Of a stretch of DNA of 64,000 nucleotides, positions 21,601 through 36,600 are shown in pieces. The translations under genes were made by a program, and so were the position numbers. Numbering within the stretch: the first letter of the stretch is position 1; each line of letters opens with the position of its first letter. Source of the DNA: Botryllus schlosseri (lineage: Eukaryota); the NCBI GenBank assembly GCA_051294905.1, contig CM119383.1, forward strand, positions 9,672,001 to 9,736,000. Direction: 5' to 3'. The notes below the pieces were generated by a model, which ran no database searches, was not told the origin of the DNA, and saw only the letters and a list, made by a program, of their open reading frames with translations.

Positions 21601-24600
21601 CCAGCCCAGGCACAACAAAACCATAGCAATACAGAGGGTCGACCCGAAATCACGTCCGTCGCAACAAACTCACCCTGTCCCTAGACAGCATCTGCGCCCG
21701 GTTCTTGTGTTCGATTTTGATCACACCGGGAGGCTGCAGCCACGCCTCGCCATCCACTTGAAGCGGCACACCCTCGTCACCTGAAATCAACAACAGATTG
21801 TGAGTCGACGCACGGGATACCCTCACATCTCACAAACAGTCAGGCACTGTATTTCAGATATCAAAGGTATTTGTCTGCCACCCCACCTAAAATCGTGATT
21901 TTGATCGATCTGCATTGTGCTATCCTGTGACTCTGCAGCACGCCTTCCGGGACCACCATGGCCATCCCCAGCTGCATGGTGCCGTACACCGCCACCACCT
22001 CCAGCACCCTGTCGTTGTAGGACGGCGCCATGAACGTGTTGTTCCCGGTCCGGCCGCCCCAAAAGTTTGAGCCGCCCATGAAAGAGGGGATGTTCAGCAC
22101 GACGATGCCTTGAAGTCGAGGTAACGGTATGTGCTGGCCGTCACATTCCAGCCGTATCCTCTGCTCCAGGTTCTTGTAGGTTTTCAGCGCAAATTCCCGG
22201 GTGGCCAGCATGCCGTACCAAACCATGTTTTTTGTTCGGCTGTAATCAAATAAAGAGATTGGACTAGGGTTGTGCGACCTTTTTGACGAGGGCTGATATA
22301 ATAAATTTCTTGCGGAGAGCAGTCCCATTATTTTGTTGAGAATTGATAGGGGTGATGTAAAACACATCATTAGAGCTCAATATAAAACGACACTTTGAAA
22401 TTATTATTACACATAGGTAAATCACATATTTCTGATCATGTTTAAAATAATATGTAAAAAATATTCATGGGGAAAGTCATCATATGCGTATCTTAGTGTT
22501 TAGTGCTTAGTTCAATAGTAACAGACTACAAGCTCAATCGGCGAGTCATTATGTTAAAAATTTGGCACTTCTTCTTGGGTCGTAAATTTGGTGTTGCACA
22601 CTCCTCACTTACACTGTCCCCTCGGTGGTAAGATATAGAATTTACAGTTAAATACAAGCAGAGAAATCGTTGTTGGAGTGCACGGTCTAAAAACTTCAAC
22701 AATCCTATCCAACAACGAGCGTGACAACACAAACGGGCAAGGCTCGAGATAACTTTCAAAGTTACAATTCCAGCGAATAACGCCAGTCGACTCCAGCAAT
22801 TTTGAAAAGCAACATACTCTCTTCGACACCTCTAGCTTGTTGCATAGAAAGTCACGCGCAAATTTGCTATTATTGTTCTACGATTGAAATTGTTTCGCTT
22901 TGTTCCAGCAAAACAGATCGTTCTGGATTAGCAATGCTGGAAGACGCCGCTAGTTATCGACAAGAAAACACGTGCGTCACACCGAACCGTACCACTCATT
23001 TCCCAGTTTCGCGTACCAGAATAGCATTACTCAAACGTCGGAACGCTTCAAAAACTTTTCACTTGTACATTCATAACACCAAGAAGAATAGAATAACTAA
23101 TTTGAGACTGCTAGCACAGGAAACTGGGAGTTGTCGGTGCCATGACCAGCAACCCCGTCGGTATTCTGATATTTTTTCTTTAGTCGGCATCATATTCGAA
23201 AATGACAGAATGACTATAAACTCAGATCTTCGCATCAAACAACAGGGGAAATAAGATGGCAAAGTCACAACCAGAACACACATCGATCATAATATCACCA
23301 ATTACGCAAAATCTGCTAATCGAGCAACTGAAAGGCTTGCGTCATGCGTAACTTAGCGAGTTCTGAAGCAAACCTGCATTTCTTGGGGTGTTCTTCCCGT
23401 TTCCTGTGAAAGTCCAACGCGATTTTCGCGTCCAATCCAATCCCGAAATAATTGTTCATCACACACTTTTCCGAGAACAGCGCGTCCACTCTGCAACAGA
23501 ATACCGATTTTTGACAGCACGCGAAACAACCAAAATCGCTTTTCAGCACTCACATAGGACTATTGAAGCTCATGAGCGGCGTGGCTGCCGCACACAACGC
23601 GTCCGTGTTTGCCAGTATCACCCGACCGATCAGACCTTTTCGGATCGTGAAATCGGGGTTCACTGTCAATAGAGAATAACATTGTGTGACCTTAAACTTT
23701 CAATAATAATCAAAATCGGCGCAAAATGTAATTACGACACAGGTATGCAATACAAGAATTTAATAATGAGAAGTATGTTGCTGTCTTTCCGATCACATAT
23801 GCTCTGCATGGTTCTATTGAAATTGCAGCAAGACAGTGTCCTGTCAAAACCACAGACTCGATGATAAGAGCACATTTCATCGGTTCCTACCGTGCGAGCA
23901 TCCCCTTTCCTCGCTGATAGAGCAACGGCTGTTGTCTTGTTTCGAGCTGGCGTTCAACCCTAAAAAGCATGCGAATTGCGTCACCCCATGCCTGCGGTCA
24001 TTTCAACAGTTACAAATGCGCACATCATGATAGCCAGAAAAATTGAAGCGCTTTTTAAACACTGGCAATAAAAGGGTGGTACACAGACTACACTTGATCT
24101 TCAAGGAGGGAAATACTGATAGAATGGTATTCTAGAATTGAGCGTGTGAGAGCAAAAATCAAAGATTTATCAGTAACTGTCAGCATAATAATACAATCAT
24201 ACTGGCCAAGTAAATGCAATCATTCATCCTCGCTGATTCTTAATAGTTTTATTGGTCCTTCCAAGAAAAACAGCAGATTACTGCTCAAATACGACACACT
24301 CAATCAAACAAACAATTGATTGAGAATATTGGAATGAAACACAAGCTGCTAAGCAACAAATCACAACATTGCGATGAGACTGTTGTTCTACTACTGCAAA
24401 CGTCGGTGCTGCGTCACAATATCTATCCATCCCGAAAAAATTCTATAGTTAAGGTTTCGAATACTCTTTCCATGAATATGACATCACTAACACTGTAGCA
24501 GCTATTGTCGTAAACATTGCCAAGATACAAATATTGAAAATGAAACACTAAGACTTCATAATTACACAAAGCAATAACTTTATATTGCTGATTGACAAAA

Positions 24601-27600
24601 TATTTCCTACATTTCCAATTTAACTCGCAGGGTAACACCGAGATTCGCTACTGACGAGAGTCAGCAGAAAAGCTTCTCGCAAATCAATCAACGATACAAA
24701 GTTATTGTTTCATGTAGCCTAATTTATACGTCGGTATTCGACTCACCCTTGGCCTTCATCTTGGGCGACAGTTTCGGAAATTCCTCGACTGGCGGGGAAA
24801 GGGTGGCAGCGTCCACGGACGATCTTTGGCTGCACGACAAAAATCAATATTAGATCCGGTTGGGGGCGACATGATGATAGTTTCCCTGTACCTGACAGTG
24901 TCCAATGTGTTGGATTTTATCGACGACTTGCCTGACGCCGACTCTGACGTGGGCAACGTCGAGCTCTCGTTGGAATCGGTGAAAGACACCGGGACTTTGG
25001 CCGGGGCGTCGTCTTCGTCTGATTGCGTGTCGAGTTTGTTTCGCAGGGTCTGTTCGTTTTGCTCGTCAATGACTGTGCAACAAAAACGGGTTTGTTATTG
25101 TTTTCCAGTATCTTCCAGTATTCCAGTATCATTTTGTAATACGATTGTTGATATACAATGTTCTTTCCGATTCTCTACTTGCTGCTGACGATTACTCCTG
25201 ACGAGTGTCAGCCGAAAATATCCGGGTTCATCTCAATATGAATTGAATATACTATTCAATTGTATATTGATGTTCTGTACCTCCAAGAAGCTCTTCAAAT
25301 AATAATAAACCTAACGCACACACACAAAGCCAAATGCGCGACACTCACCTTTCTCTGTCTCTTCAATAATTTTCCGCACCGCTTTCTTCAAACTGTCCGC
25401 CCTCAACCACAGATTTTTCCGACGCTGAAAAACGCTCCGATCCTAAAACGCAACAAACGGCCGGTTAACCCACAAGGAAACACATTATAACAATGGCGGC
25501 ATTGCATACCTGAGTCTTGTCGCGGCTTTTCTTGGGGCTCTCGGCCGCGCCTAGCCGAAACTCGGACGCCAGATTGTCATTGATTTCGCGTATGGCGCTG
25601 GACGCCTCGGGCGAGAGGAGATTGTCGCAGCTGGCGTAAGTCCTGGTCATGCCCCGGTCCTGGTTTTCGTCCACGTCTTCCAGCACCGAGACGCTGCGCT
25701 GCGGCTTGGGACGGGATTTTTTCCGGGCCCGCTGCTAAAAACGGCAACGGGTATCCTCGTAAGAAGCAGTCAAGTTGTTTACGTTAGTAGTCAAGTAGCG
25801 ATTTAGAATCACAATAAAATTACTTTGGTGATAGATTACTACCTAGTGGTGACATACGAGCAGGGTTGTAATAACTCGAAACATGATTTTCTGGTGACTC
25901 GACTTGACTCGAGTCATTTTCTCAAAATACGGAAATGACTCGAGTCATTGCGCATGGCTCGAACCAAGTCATATGACTCGAGACTCAGACGGCAAAGACC
26001 GACATTTCATTGAAATTCAGAAGAATAGTAAAGTAACCACACTATTGGGATTTTGTCTATTGGTACTGGTACTTGAAAATGCGACCAGAAACTGCTAAAA
26101 GTGAGTATATTATCAATGCAAACCATTCGATATCACCAAACAAAGTTATAAAAAGTGGGTTTAAGAAGACTTTAAGTGGAAACTGAGCAGTCATCACAAT
26201 GACTTGGACTCGGACTCGAGTCAAAAATATATAACTGAGATTGACCCGCGAATCGGAGGCGTGTGACTTGGTTACAGCCCTTGGATACTACTGGAGAAAA
26301 TAGTTTCAAAAAGAAACTTGATTGTAAATCTCTACAAAAGTACAAATAGAATGAGCAATTTGCGAGACACTTCAAAATTATTTCAATTGAAAATAGAATT
26401 TCAAGGTCGGAAAGGTGTTCGAGTAATTAGTTAAAAAGACTCGATTTCATTGTAAACTTCTACTCAATTACAAGTAGAAGTAGCAATTCCCAAGATAAGT
26501 CAAATTTAATTTGAGCGCAAGTGTTTTGCTTCGATGGCCTTAAATCCGGCGAGCAACATTGAATCCACACATTAGATGCTGAATTTCAATTCTTGAAAAA
26601 CAAGCCACATGTCACATACTTTCGTAGGAAAAGTGTTTTCCCAACGCTCTGCGTTTTCTTCTGCGGGAAGCTGCTCGGCGGCTTCCGATTCGTACTCCAG
26701 ACTCTCTAAAAGCGAGCTCAGTTTCTCTTTCAGAGTCTGGCAACGTTCCGTCTTTTTGGTTTCTCCACCGCCCACGCTCAGGGTCAAGTCTTTTACCGTC
26801 TGACAGAGAACACTGAAGAAATATCGAACCATTATACTCAAACAGAACAATCTAGGAAATGCGATGGTGGCAGTATTTAGTATTATCTCAAGGAAAAATC
26901 AAGTATTTTGATAATATTAAGCCATGTATTCACTTCTGATATTTTGACTTACTCTCATGAGAATTAAATGTCAGCAATACACAACTAGGGATTCGCTGCC
27001 AATGATTGTAAGCGAAACAACTGGCAGAGAGTAAATGCAATACCATAAACACATTCTTCGTTACTGTATACAAGTATATTGAATACTGCCAGATCCAAGA
27101 GCATGGTGAAAATGTAATAAACAGGATAAGGAGGAGATCTGCTTTTTAGATTCCATTAGCTACCCTTTTAGTCACAGCTTCGTGATTAGGCTATTCATAA
27201 ACCCAAGGGAGAAATGCTTGTATACAGTGTAATCATGTTATTCACAAGGCGCAGTTCATTTCTCTCAGTAAAGCATATTTTTGCTCAACATTTTATTGCA
27301 CAGAGGTCCAGTGGTTGAAAAATTGGGATGTTCATGGTATTTGAAAGATTGTCAGAATATTCACCGATTGTTGAAGCTATTTAGTAACAACACAAATCAC
27401 AGCTTGATGACCCTGGCCTCGTGCTGTATTGTAAGATTACGTAGAAATGATAGAATGTATCATGCGCAATCCATGTGAAGTATTTGATGTATGGAAACAG
27501 TGGGCGGGAAAGAACCTCATCCCAAGACAGGCCTGAACGACTATGATCTGCACTTCTTAAAGGCAAAAACTTTGCAAGAGCTCAGCAATACTTAAAAGTA

Positions 27601-30600
27601 GCCTGATGATGTATATTCACATCAATGCACCCCCCAAAACAATTTTAACCATGAACATTATGGCATGCTGAAACACGGGAATCCATGAATATAGAATTCT
27701 TATACATCACATAAAGCTGTTTTACGACATTGCGGGACATCAATTAGGATTCGCGCAGTCGCGCACAACAGATGAGTTTGTCAAGGAAAAACAATGTCTT
27801 GCACAGCAAACATGGCGAGTGATTTCGATTAATGAGTGCAACATGTCGGAAGAATTGTAACGTCACTTACGCCGCAGACTTCACCACTTCAGCGCTTCGA
27901 TTGGAATTCAGTATGGTCGAAAGATGAAGCGAAACCGCGTTCTCATATTCCGATATCGGACCCTGCAAGCACACATCAGACATCACTTCGGGCACGGATA
28001 AAATCAACGGAACTAGACAACTTGTAGTCACCGCTGATATAAGGCTGCTGCACACTGGCCCTCGCGACACGACAAAACGAGAGAATCGCGCCTGTCTGTG
28101 ACAAAACCATGCACACCGCGTCGCCAAACTCCGCAACAAAGCGTCGGCGAGCGGGCTGCGCAACTCGCCGACAAAGTTGAAAAATTCCGACTTTGTCGCG
28201 AGTTGCGGGCTCAGTCGCAGTCGAAAATAAGTACGCGCTCTTATTTCGGCGGTGCTGTTCCAATCTTTTTCAATCGTTCAACTTCCTAATTTAACATTCT
28301 CGTGTACCACTGTACCATATGCGTAATTTATCTTGGGATTGACTCAGGGCGCCGTATGATATCCAACAAGCCCAGAAAAAGAAAGATTCAACCTCAAGTT
28401 GATAACTTGAAGATGGATGAACGAAATGAAGATATATTTGATAATTAAATTACTATATGTTCACAATACAAGATGAATAACAGAGTAGGCCTACATGACC
28501 GCTAGCCCGCCAATGCCACTGACATGTTTCACATTACAAAAGTACCGGTAGGCCTATATATCATAAAGATGATATCTGATTGATGGACTATGTCAGGGCG
28601 TTTCAACGATTAGACACTTTCTTGTTTATTTTCTTTGTATATCGTGCATCTGCGTCTTGAGCTGAAATAAGGAACTGAGTTTTCGAATTTGAGAATATCT
28701 TGGTGACATTATGGTGTATCCCTTATCAAAATTCGGAGCATCAGCAAAATGCTGTCAGTACACATAGAAAACACATATGTGTAGGAAGTATCTTGATGTG
28801 TTCTTCAATATTAACACCAAGAACCTATACTGTTACGAAATCATTAAGCTGGTACAGAACAGATAGGCTTACGTTACGACTCGGTGTCCCAGTGTGCAGC
28901 AGAACGTAACTACCGCGATCGTGAGCGCGACATAATCGGGAATTACCTGTTTTAGTCGTGTCGCAAAGCCAGTGTGCAGCAGCCTATAGGCGCTGAAATT
29001 TTTTTAAATTCAAGTGGTCAAAAATCTTCGAAAATTTCCTGTCCTATATTTTAGCTCCTAGGCAAGCTTCGAGTCGGGAATTAGCTAATCGAGACCAAAC
29101 GGGAGAATTTGAACAGACTAAGAAGAAACGCAATCATTCGATCTGTACACTCTCACACCTTTTGCTGCGTCATATCCGTCTCGATACTTCTCTCGTAGGT
29201 CATTATGCTCCATCTGTCGAGGAGCTTGGCGCTGGCTCGCTCATATCGCTCCAAAATGACTGGGACTTGCGTGTCGTCGTCACAAACATTGCCCCAGCCC
29301 ATCACTTGGGCTAGGTCATTTCCAGTGCCCAGAGGCAAAACACCGACTTGGGCCTAGAAAAGGAAACGAATTACGTAGTCTAACAGTTTGTCGGTACGTA
29401 AATAGAAGGAATATCGGAAATTTTTTACTCAATCACAGTTTGACGTGGACATTGTCAACACGGGCTACAACTAATTTTAGTAGAAAACGGAAAAAAGTAT
29501 CCGAGCAAAGAATCTGAAGAAGTTTCGAAACGGCAAGATGCATCTTCATCACCAAGGGAGGAATACCAGCTATTTCTACTCAAGCACAGGTTGAAGTAGA
29601 GATTTCAATACAAGCCATTACTGCATCAAGTAGAAAACAAAACGTCTGAATAGTAGGCCTATCCTAGTAAGAAGCATAAGAAATTTTGTAACATGACCAG
29701 TGGTTCCCGACCTTTTTAGATGTCGGAGCCGCATTTCAAACTTCAGAGCACGTATGGAGCCGCATGAAAACACTCGAGCAGGCTACGTATAACGATAATT
29801 TAAAGGTAGCTATACTATCTCTGGATCTCACCATCAAGATAATTCAAAAGCATGCACATAAACTTCTACAGATTCCATATCTGTTATTTAGCATTGATAG
29901 ACGCAGATTGGCGATTGCTATACATTGAAATAAACTGAAAATGCATATCATTACTATAACATACTATTATGTCGTTATGGGATAACTCTTTATACATTCC
30001 GGCGCTTAATGCACAAGTTTGCGGAGGATTATACGCTGAGTAATATTGGACTTGGACGGTAGTCTGCAAGAGCTCTTCTTTCCCGGTTTTCAGAAGCGGC
30101 TTTGGGCGGCTTTAGACATAATTATTATCCCTCATATTAGCATTCATATACAGAAATTGAATGTAACTATTCATAGAAACAAACAACAACTCACAACTGT
30201 CGTCTTGTTATATTTTTGTGATATATTTAGAGGTCAATCAGAGCCAAAAGAAGGCTACCTTGGAGCCGCAAGCAGCTCTGAGAGCCGGGATTGGGAATCA
30301 ATGCTCATGACCTAGTGATGATAAAAATATGTGCAGTTTTAGAAAATATATCACAATCTGTAACCCGCATTACCGCATACAACACAGGGTCTGCATCGAC
30401 CAATTGTCATGGCATTTTCACTAGTTGCTTGTTGCAATTTTTCACTTTATGAAATCAAAACTACCAATAGTCAGTAGTTTATTATAAGATAAAGCCTCGA
30501 GTAACCAGTGGAAGAGGATAAAATCGACATGGAAATTCGCGCAACAAATATTTTGGCAATAATTTATTGCGGTATAAGAACCTAACCATGACACAGTTTG

Positions 30601-33600
30601 CAAAAAGCTTCGTCTCACCTCTGCCCCAATTCTATGGCAACAACGCTCACCTTTTTATGCAAATCCATTTTGTCCATCTCCGAAAGGACCCAGCCAATCG
30701 ACCCGTCGCCGCCACAGACCAAAATACGAAACGAATGCAACGTTTGAAACATTCTCAACCTGGCAAGGGAACAAAATCTTTAAAAATATTATTTTCTGTA
30801 TATTGAGAACAAAACCAGGAGACCCACGGCATTCGATATGAATTTAAGACGATTTGAGATTTTTTGCAACATGCAATCCAAACCAGTCTCATAACAGCGC
30901 TCTACCGCAGTAGAATTGTTTATGTACAATTGCTGTTACACCAGTAGCCTACAGTACAAGTCCGAAACACCAAATTGGACACACGTCCCTGTCAACGGTC
31001 CACAATTATGCTACACTGGCCTAATTGTGACAATTTCAATGTTAGCATGACAGATATCACATATCAATCCTTAGAATGCCTGCTACCTAACATGATTTGA
31101 TCATAAATACTGTTCCCTAGCAAACAGTTGCAATAAAAATGCACCACTCAAAAAATTTTCAAGTGAATGTGATCTACAAACAAAAGCAACGAGACACTCA
31201 GAGAAGGTGTAATTACTGAGCATTTCATAGCAAGAGCCGAGGCAGTGATGTTTCAATGAATTCCCAGACATGGTTTTTGTCATCAAATCCCAATAGTATT
31301 GAAATCCAGACTTTAATAGCCTGATTATTGAGCTTTTATTATACAACCAAATAGTGATTTTCAATCAATTTTCAACAACACATCACATTATGTGCAATCA
31401 ATTCCGATCATGGCACCATGGATTACTCTTATTAATATTAATACAAGCCCTCAATATTTTTAGTAACCGGAATTTAATAGCACTGGTTTGAGTCATCAAA
31501 TTCAGGATATATTTAGTGAAGGGTATAAGCTCTTGGTACAATCCTCCAAGGACGTTCAGTGCCTTATGATCATACATAACTCAAGTTAATACCAAGGCAA
31601 ATGAATCAAGTGAGCCACATCATTAACTTTGCATTGACTTGAGAACGCAACCACTAGAAATATGCAGTAAATGAAATCATCACACATACTATGCGGGACA
31701 TTGCAACCTTTTAGACCAAATGAAATGTACACTGTTGCATAAACACGCTAGCAGCCGAATTAGGAGTGCTATTGACGCAGCGCATACAATTATTCAAACG
31801 CCTCAGACTAAAATAGAATCTTGTTTCCGAACAATGAATAATTCAATATATCTTGGTAATTGTTGTAATGCGCATAAAATATGGTTATTCCATGGGTGAG
31901 CGTGACCATTAAATATTAATACTACAAAATTCAAATAGGAAAAACTAAAACTATTTACCCTGCTTGCGGCCCCGTGCACATCAAATCGAATACTTGTGCG
32001 GGATTGAGATACTGACGGAACCTCCTATAGAATTTAACACCCTGGTTATCACCGCTCTTCGAATTTACGAACACCAGCAAAGGGCTGGATAGCTCGCCTG
32101 TAGCCTCCCAGTATCCTGACGAAGAATATTAAATATAGATAAAACAACGGTCTAAGATAACGTGACAATAATATAACATAGTGAAACATGAGATTGCATT
32201 TGCAACACACGTGAACTATTGATGGGGCTTTCAGCGCATAATTAGACATTTTTGTCTCTTCAAGATCGCAGTGCAAATAGTGGTCAAGCCACACTGAGAG
32301 CATTGACAGAAAATATACACTTGCAAACAGACTATGTATTCTCTATATGCATTCTGTTCCATTATATTTGCACTACAACAGCTCAGTTGTTATATATCAG
32401 TTGGTTGATTTAATGTTGGCAAAGGCAACTATTATATCAGTATCTGCCAAATAAAAATGCAAGCTTCATCAATAAAGGTCACAGCAAGACAGATTGTCAG
32501 CACATTTACACATATGTGCATTTACGAGAATGGCAAAAAAGATTTTGATAGCTTCTAGTGGAATCCGACAGGAGTATTAAAAGATTTCTGACGTCAGTGA
32601 TAGATAGTTAGTCATTTATGACTTGTTTGAACTACGTAAGCATGTATATTTGAGTAGGATTTGGGCAATGAGCATGTGTAATTGTGAAAAAATGTTGTAT
32701 TTTCATGAATTGGAGATAATCCATTCTATAGTTTATTATGTGTTTCACAGAATATAGGTATTGAACCTATCTTCACCACTGCGTCTTTAAGACCAAACAA
32801 ATACATCGGACAAGTCGCAGCATAACCATAGCGGTATGATATTTACAAACCATTGTTAACGTAATAAGCTCAAAACAGAGAATTGACATCGATAATGATC
32901 CTTCAACCTGTCTTAATGGAGGGCTTTGCTGAAAGACAGGACCTCACTAACGATGGAAGTTAATCCCTCTAGGAAATCCCTACAGTAACAACACAGAGTG
33001 AATATTTTTACAGTTGTCCACACCAACAAAAGTCAAATCAATATACCATCTGTAACTCCAGATGCAAGATATGTAACCAGATCTATTTTTAGCATATCGT
33101 AAATGTATCGAAATATGTTTGAAATCGGGTCAGTATTTCAAAATAAATCCTGTGACAATATCTTGCTTCTAGAACGTCTTCCCAACAAAATAAAACTCAG
33201 GCGGAAGATATCAAAATAGTAAAGTAAACACATACTGTACAAACACTCGCAGACTTGTTGACAAGCAACAGCCATGCCACCTTATCGACTGATCTGAGCT
33301 AACCTAAAGCATTACACATTGCATTTTGAAAGTGTCATCAAGTCCAGTACGGGTCATTAGTTAAGCATGCACATAATGAAAGAAGACATACCAATGTTCC
33401 TTAAAATATTATTTCTGATGCTTATAAGAATAGCCTGGATTACAGTACCATACCATAGACAGAGTAAATTAGCAAATTTAAGGTAGTATTGTACGTGTCA
33501 TTCCCTATAGGAAGACAAATCTCAAGCTCAGGATAAAATTACAAATGACTGACCACACAATTAGGTCACTAAATACAATATTAATGTAACCCAAGTCCGT

Positions 33601-36600
33601 ACCAGTTATATGTCAAAGTTATTCTAGACAAGAAATGGATTGTCTTTACCGTGGGAATCCATGGAGTTGAGTGCAGTAGGAGATAAAATAGACATCTTAC
33701 ATTGTCCCAGGCTGCATATTTGTGGAAGATGCGACCTGCAATTTGTGTGGACCTGAAAAATTGCAAGGTGAAAACCACAAAATATCAAGCGACAGATCTA
33801 TAACATGAGCACTAGAAATTAACTCGGCTGTGCCTCAGAAATAGCTACAAGCAATAAACTCACCATAGCTCTGCACCATAAGCATCGCCAATCCTGCAAT
33901 CGTAATACGCTACCGCAGGTCTTGTCACATACAACGCACTTGGCGCTTACTGGGAGATTGCCCTCCATCCACTGATGGGGAATGAAGAGCTAAAAGGCAA
34001 TATCTAGATGTTTAAAATATAACTTTAAATCAGTAAATTCTAATTGAGATGTCTTCGGGATTTGCTTCACACACCACAGCAAACAATTGCTTGAAAAATG
34101 CAGATTCAATATTTTACAGGTAAAAATTCAAACGTATTCGTCATGCAATTGTTTACGTATATCAGACAGTGCAACATGAGTGGATGATAATTCACAATCA
34201 GTGAAGTGCATAAAGCCTACCAAAGCAGTACAAAATGCAGTATATCTACCTCAGGCTTACTGAAGTCAAAATATTCAAATCATGATTGATTAGGATTAGG
34301 GCCTATGAACATTGTGAGAACACAGTATTTACGAAAGCAAAGTTGGCAGCATGCAATATTTTCCTAGAGGTATGCAGTAACATGGTGTACTGACTCTCAA
34401 TGATGGGCTACATAAAATACCATAGTTGAAACAAGACAGCATGTTTGCATTTCAGAGATAAGTCCATTAGAACACATCTCGGGAAATAATTAATTTCATC
34501 AATGATGATAGCAATACCAAGGCATAGCAAGGGTAGTATTGCGCTTGTAGCCAGTATAGAATTCTGTCAGGCTTTACTATTCATATAGTGACCCAAAATC
34601 AGACTGGGGTTTATTAGGACTAGCAGTACCACAAGTACTAGATTACAAATCACTTCAAAATTCAGATCATAGTCTCCAATTACTGTATCAGTCATGGAAT
34701 GACTTTCTTCTACCAGTCCATCTATCTCAGCCAAACCAATCTTATCCGACGAACAAAAATGCAATGCCTTCTACAATTTGGACCTACTCATCTAAAATTG
34801 GTATATTGCAGCACCTCATTTTCCCAGCGGTCCAGGGTAATAGATCAAAAAGCATATAATTTGCCAAATAATAGCAACTAGAATGTAAATCTACGGTTTA
34901 TTTGAATGCAATGTCGCTCAAACACTTGCATTTGCAGTTGATTACTTGCAAACACCCTATTCTGGACTTTTATGTCACCGGCGCTGAAGTTTTTTTGGCA
35001 TACATGTAACAATATATGACATCAAATAACAAACAACATATGCACTTGCCAGAAAATCCAACTGAATTATATCAACAAAATCTCCGATCACACTCTACAT
35101 CGTAATTCGCAACGCTACTGGTCGACATACCCCGTCCTCATTTTCGATAATCTGCTTTCCGACCGTAGAAAGTATCGCCCATTTGCACTGTTTCGTGGCC
35201 TTCGCCGCACAACGCTTGTGAGCCTTGAACTTACACACTGTTCAAAGTAATTTGTGTCACACTGTAGGCGGGTAATAACATCATGAAAAATACGAGGTTC
35301 ACGCCGCGCTACAAAACAGTCACTGGTAGAGTTTACATTTATCAGCAGCATCCAGGGATCCATGGACAGACTGGAGGCTATTTACAAAAACCAGAGCACT
35401 GCCATCCAATTATCACACATTGATGAGCGACATAATAATATCTTACTAAACATGACCATGTGTATTTCAAACAGTTGGGCCGTTAGTTTACCAAATTCAG
35501 GTCAATTCACAATAGAGATAGGGATAGAACAAGACCATAAATTTGGGCCTAGACAAATTTGCAATATAGCAAACCAGAACAGGAAATTCGCTGTCACACC
35601 ACAACGAAACAAAACTTTCAAAAGTATCGCCAAAAATAACCCACGTCATACCTGCGATTGTGACACTGACACAGCACATTATAAAACAATTATGAAAGAT
35701 TGTTTGCCTCGAAAAGAGAAATTAGCCAGCACAATTTACGAAGCTGATGCAAGTGTTTCCTATAACTCTGATAGATTAACAATGAGTCCAGCTGCATGAC
35801 ACACAAACTAGAATCCACTGTCGCATGATTTCGTTTGGCATGGCAATCCACAACAACAAAATCTGATAACATGACTCAACCTATAACCAGATCACCCAGT
35901 CACGTCCGGAGGAACAAATAGCTTAGGGATCCTCATCAATGATTACAGGCAAAGTGTCCCAATCTCAAAAATGCAGGTGTTCAACATACAGGCTTCCATA
36001 CTTGCAGTCAGCCCGACATATTTGTGGTCTCAATAGTGATTTACCATGCAACAAGATATATATTTCTGCATTCATAAGGGCTTTTAGCAATATATTCGAA
36101 TCGATCTCGTAATACAAAGTGCATCACATACCTTCGCATGACAGACCGTGGTTCATAACTCCCGAAAGCACCTCTCTACAGACATTGCAGTAGGTGGGTC
36201 TCGCATGGGTGCAAGTGTACCAGTTGTGTCCGCCGGAAAAGTTCTCCATAAAAAACTGTTGAGGCTGTCGCGAACGATATCAAACCGTCAAACGCTCTAC
36301 TAGCATCATATCCGCCGTAACTAGCATGAAAAATGCAACAGAACAGAAAGCGGCAACAATGAAAACGCGGGTAACCATAATTTGCAACCATACAGCACGC
36401 GCTGTACCTGATTGATTGGGATCTTCATTCTCTCTAACGCAGCGTGATTAAAAAAACATGAATACAAGCCAATGGACGGGATCGCATGACATAAAGGCCT
36501 AATCTACTCTAACAAGGCTATTGATATTATCGGCGGGAATTCATTAAAACGGACGACTTAATCAACGCAACAACACCAAGTCCGACGGCTGCATTAAAGC

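Noticed and set aside
27976-28290. Possible extra DGK exon(s) from overlapping ORFs
   Set aside because: Exon 11 splices in phase to exon 12 and matches type II DGK spacing; no conserved residues here.
35362-35799. 145-aa plus-strand ORF in a DGK intron
   Set aside because: No homology-like motifs, start context or splice support; composition looks non-coding.
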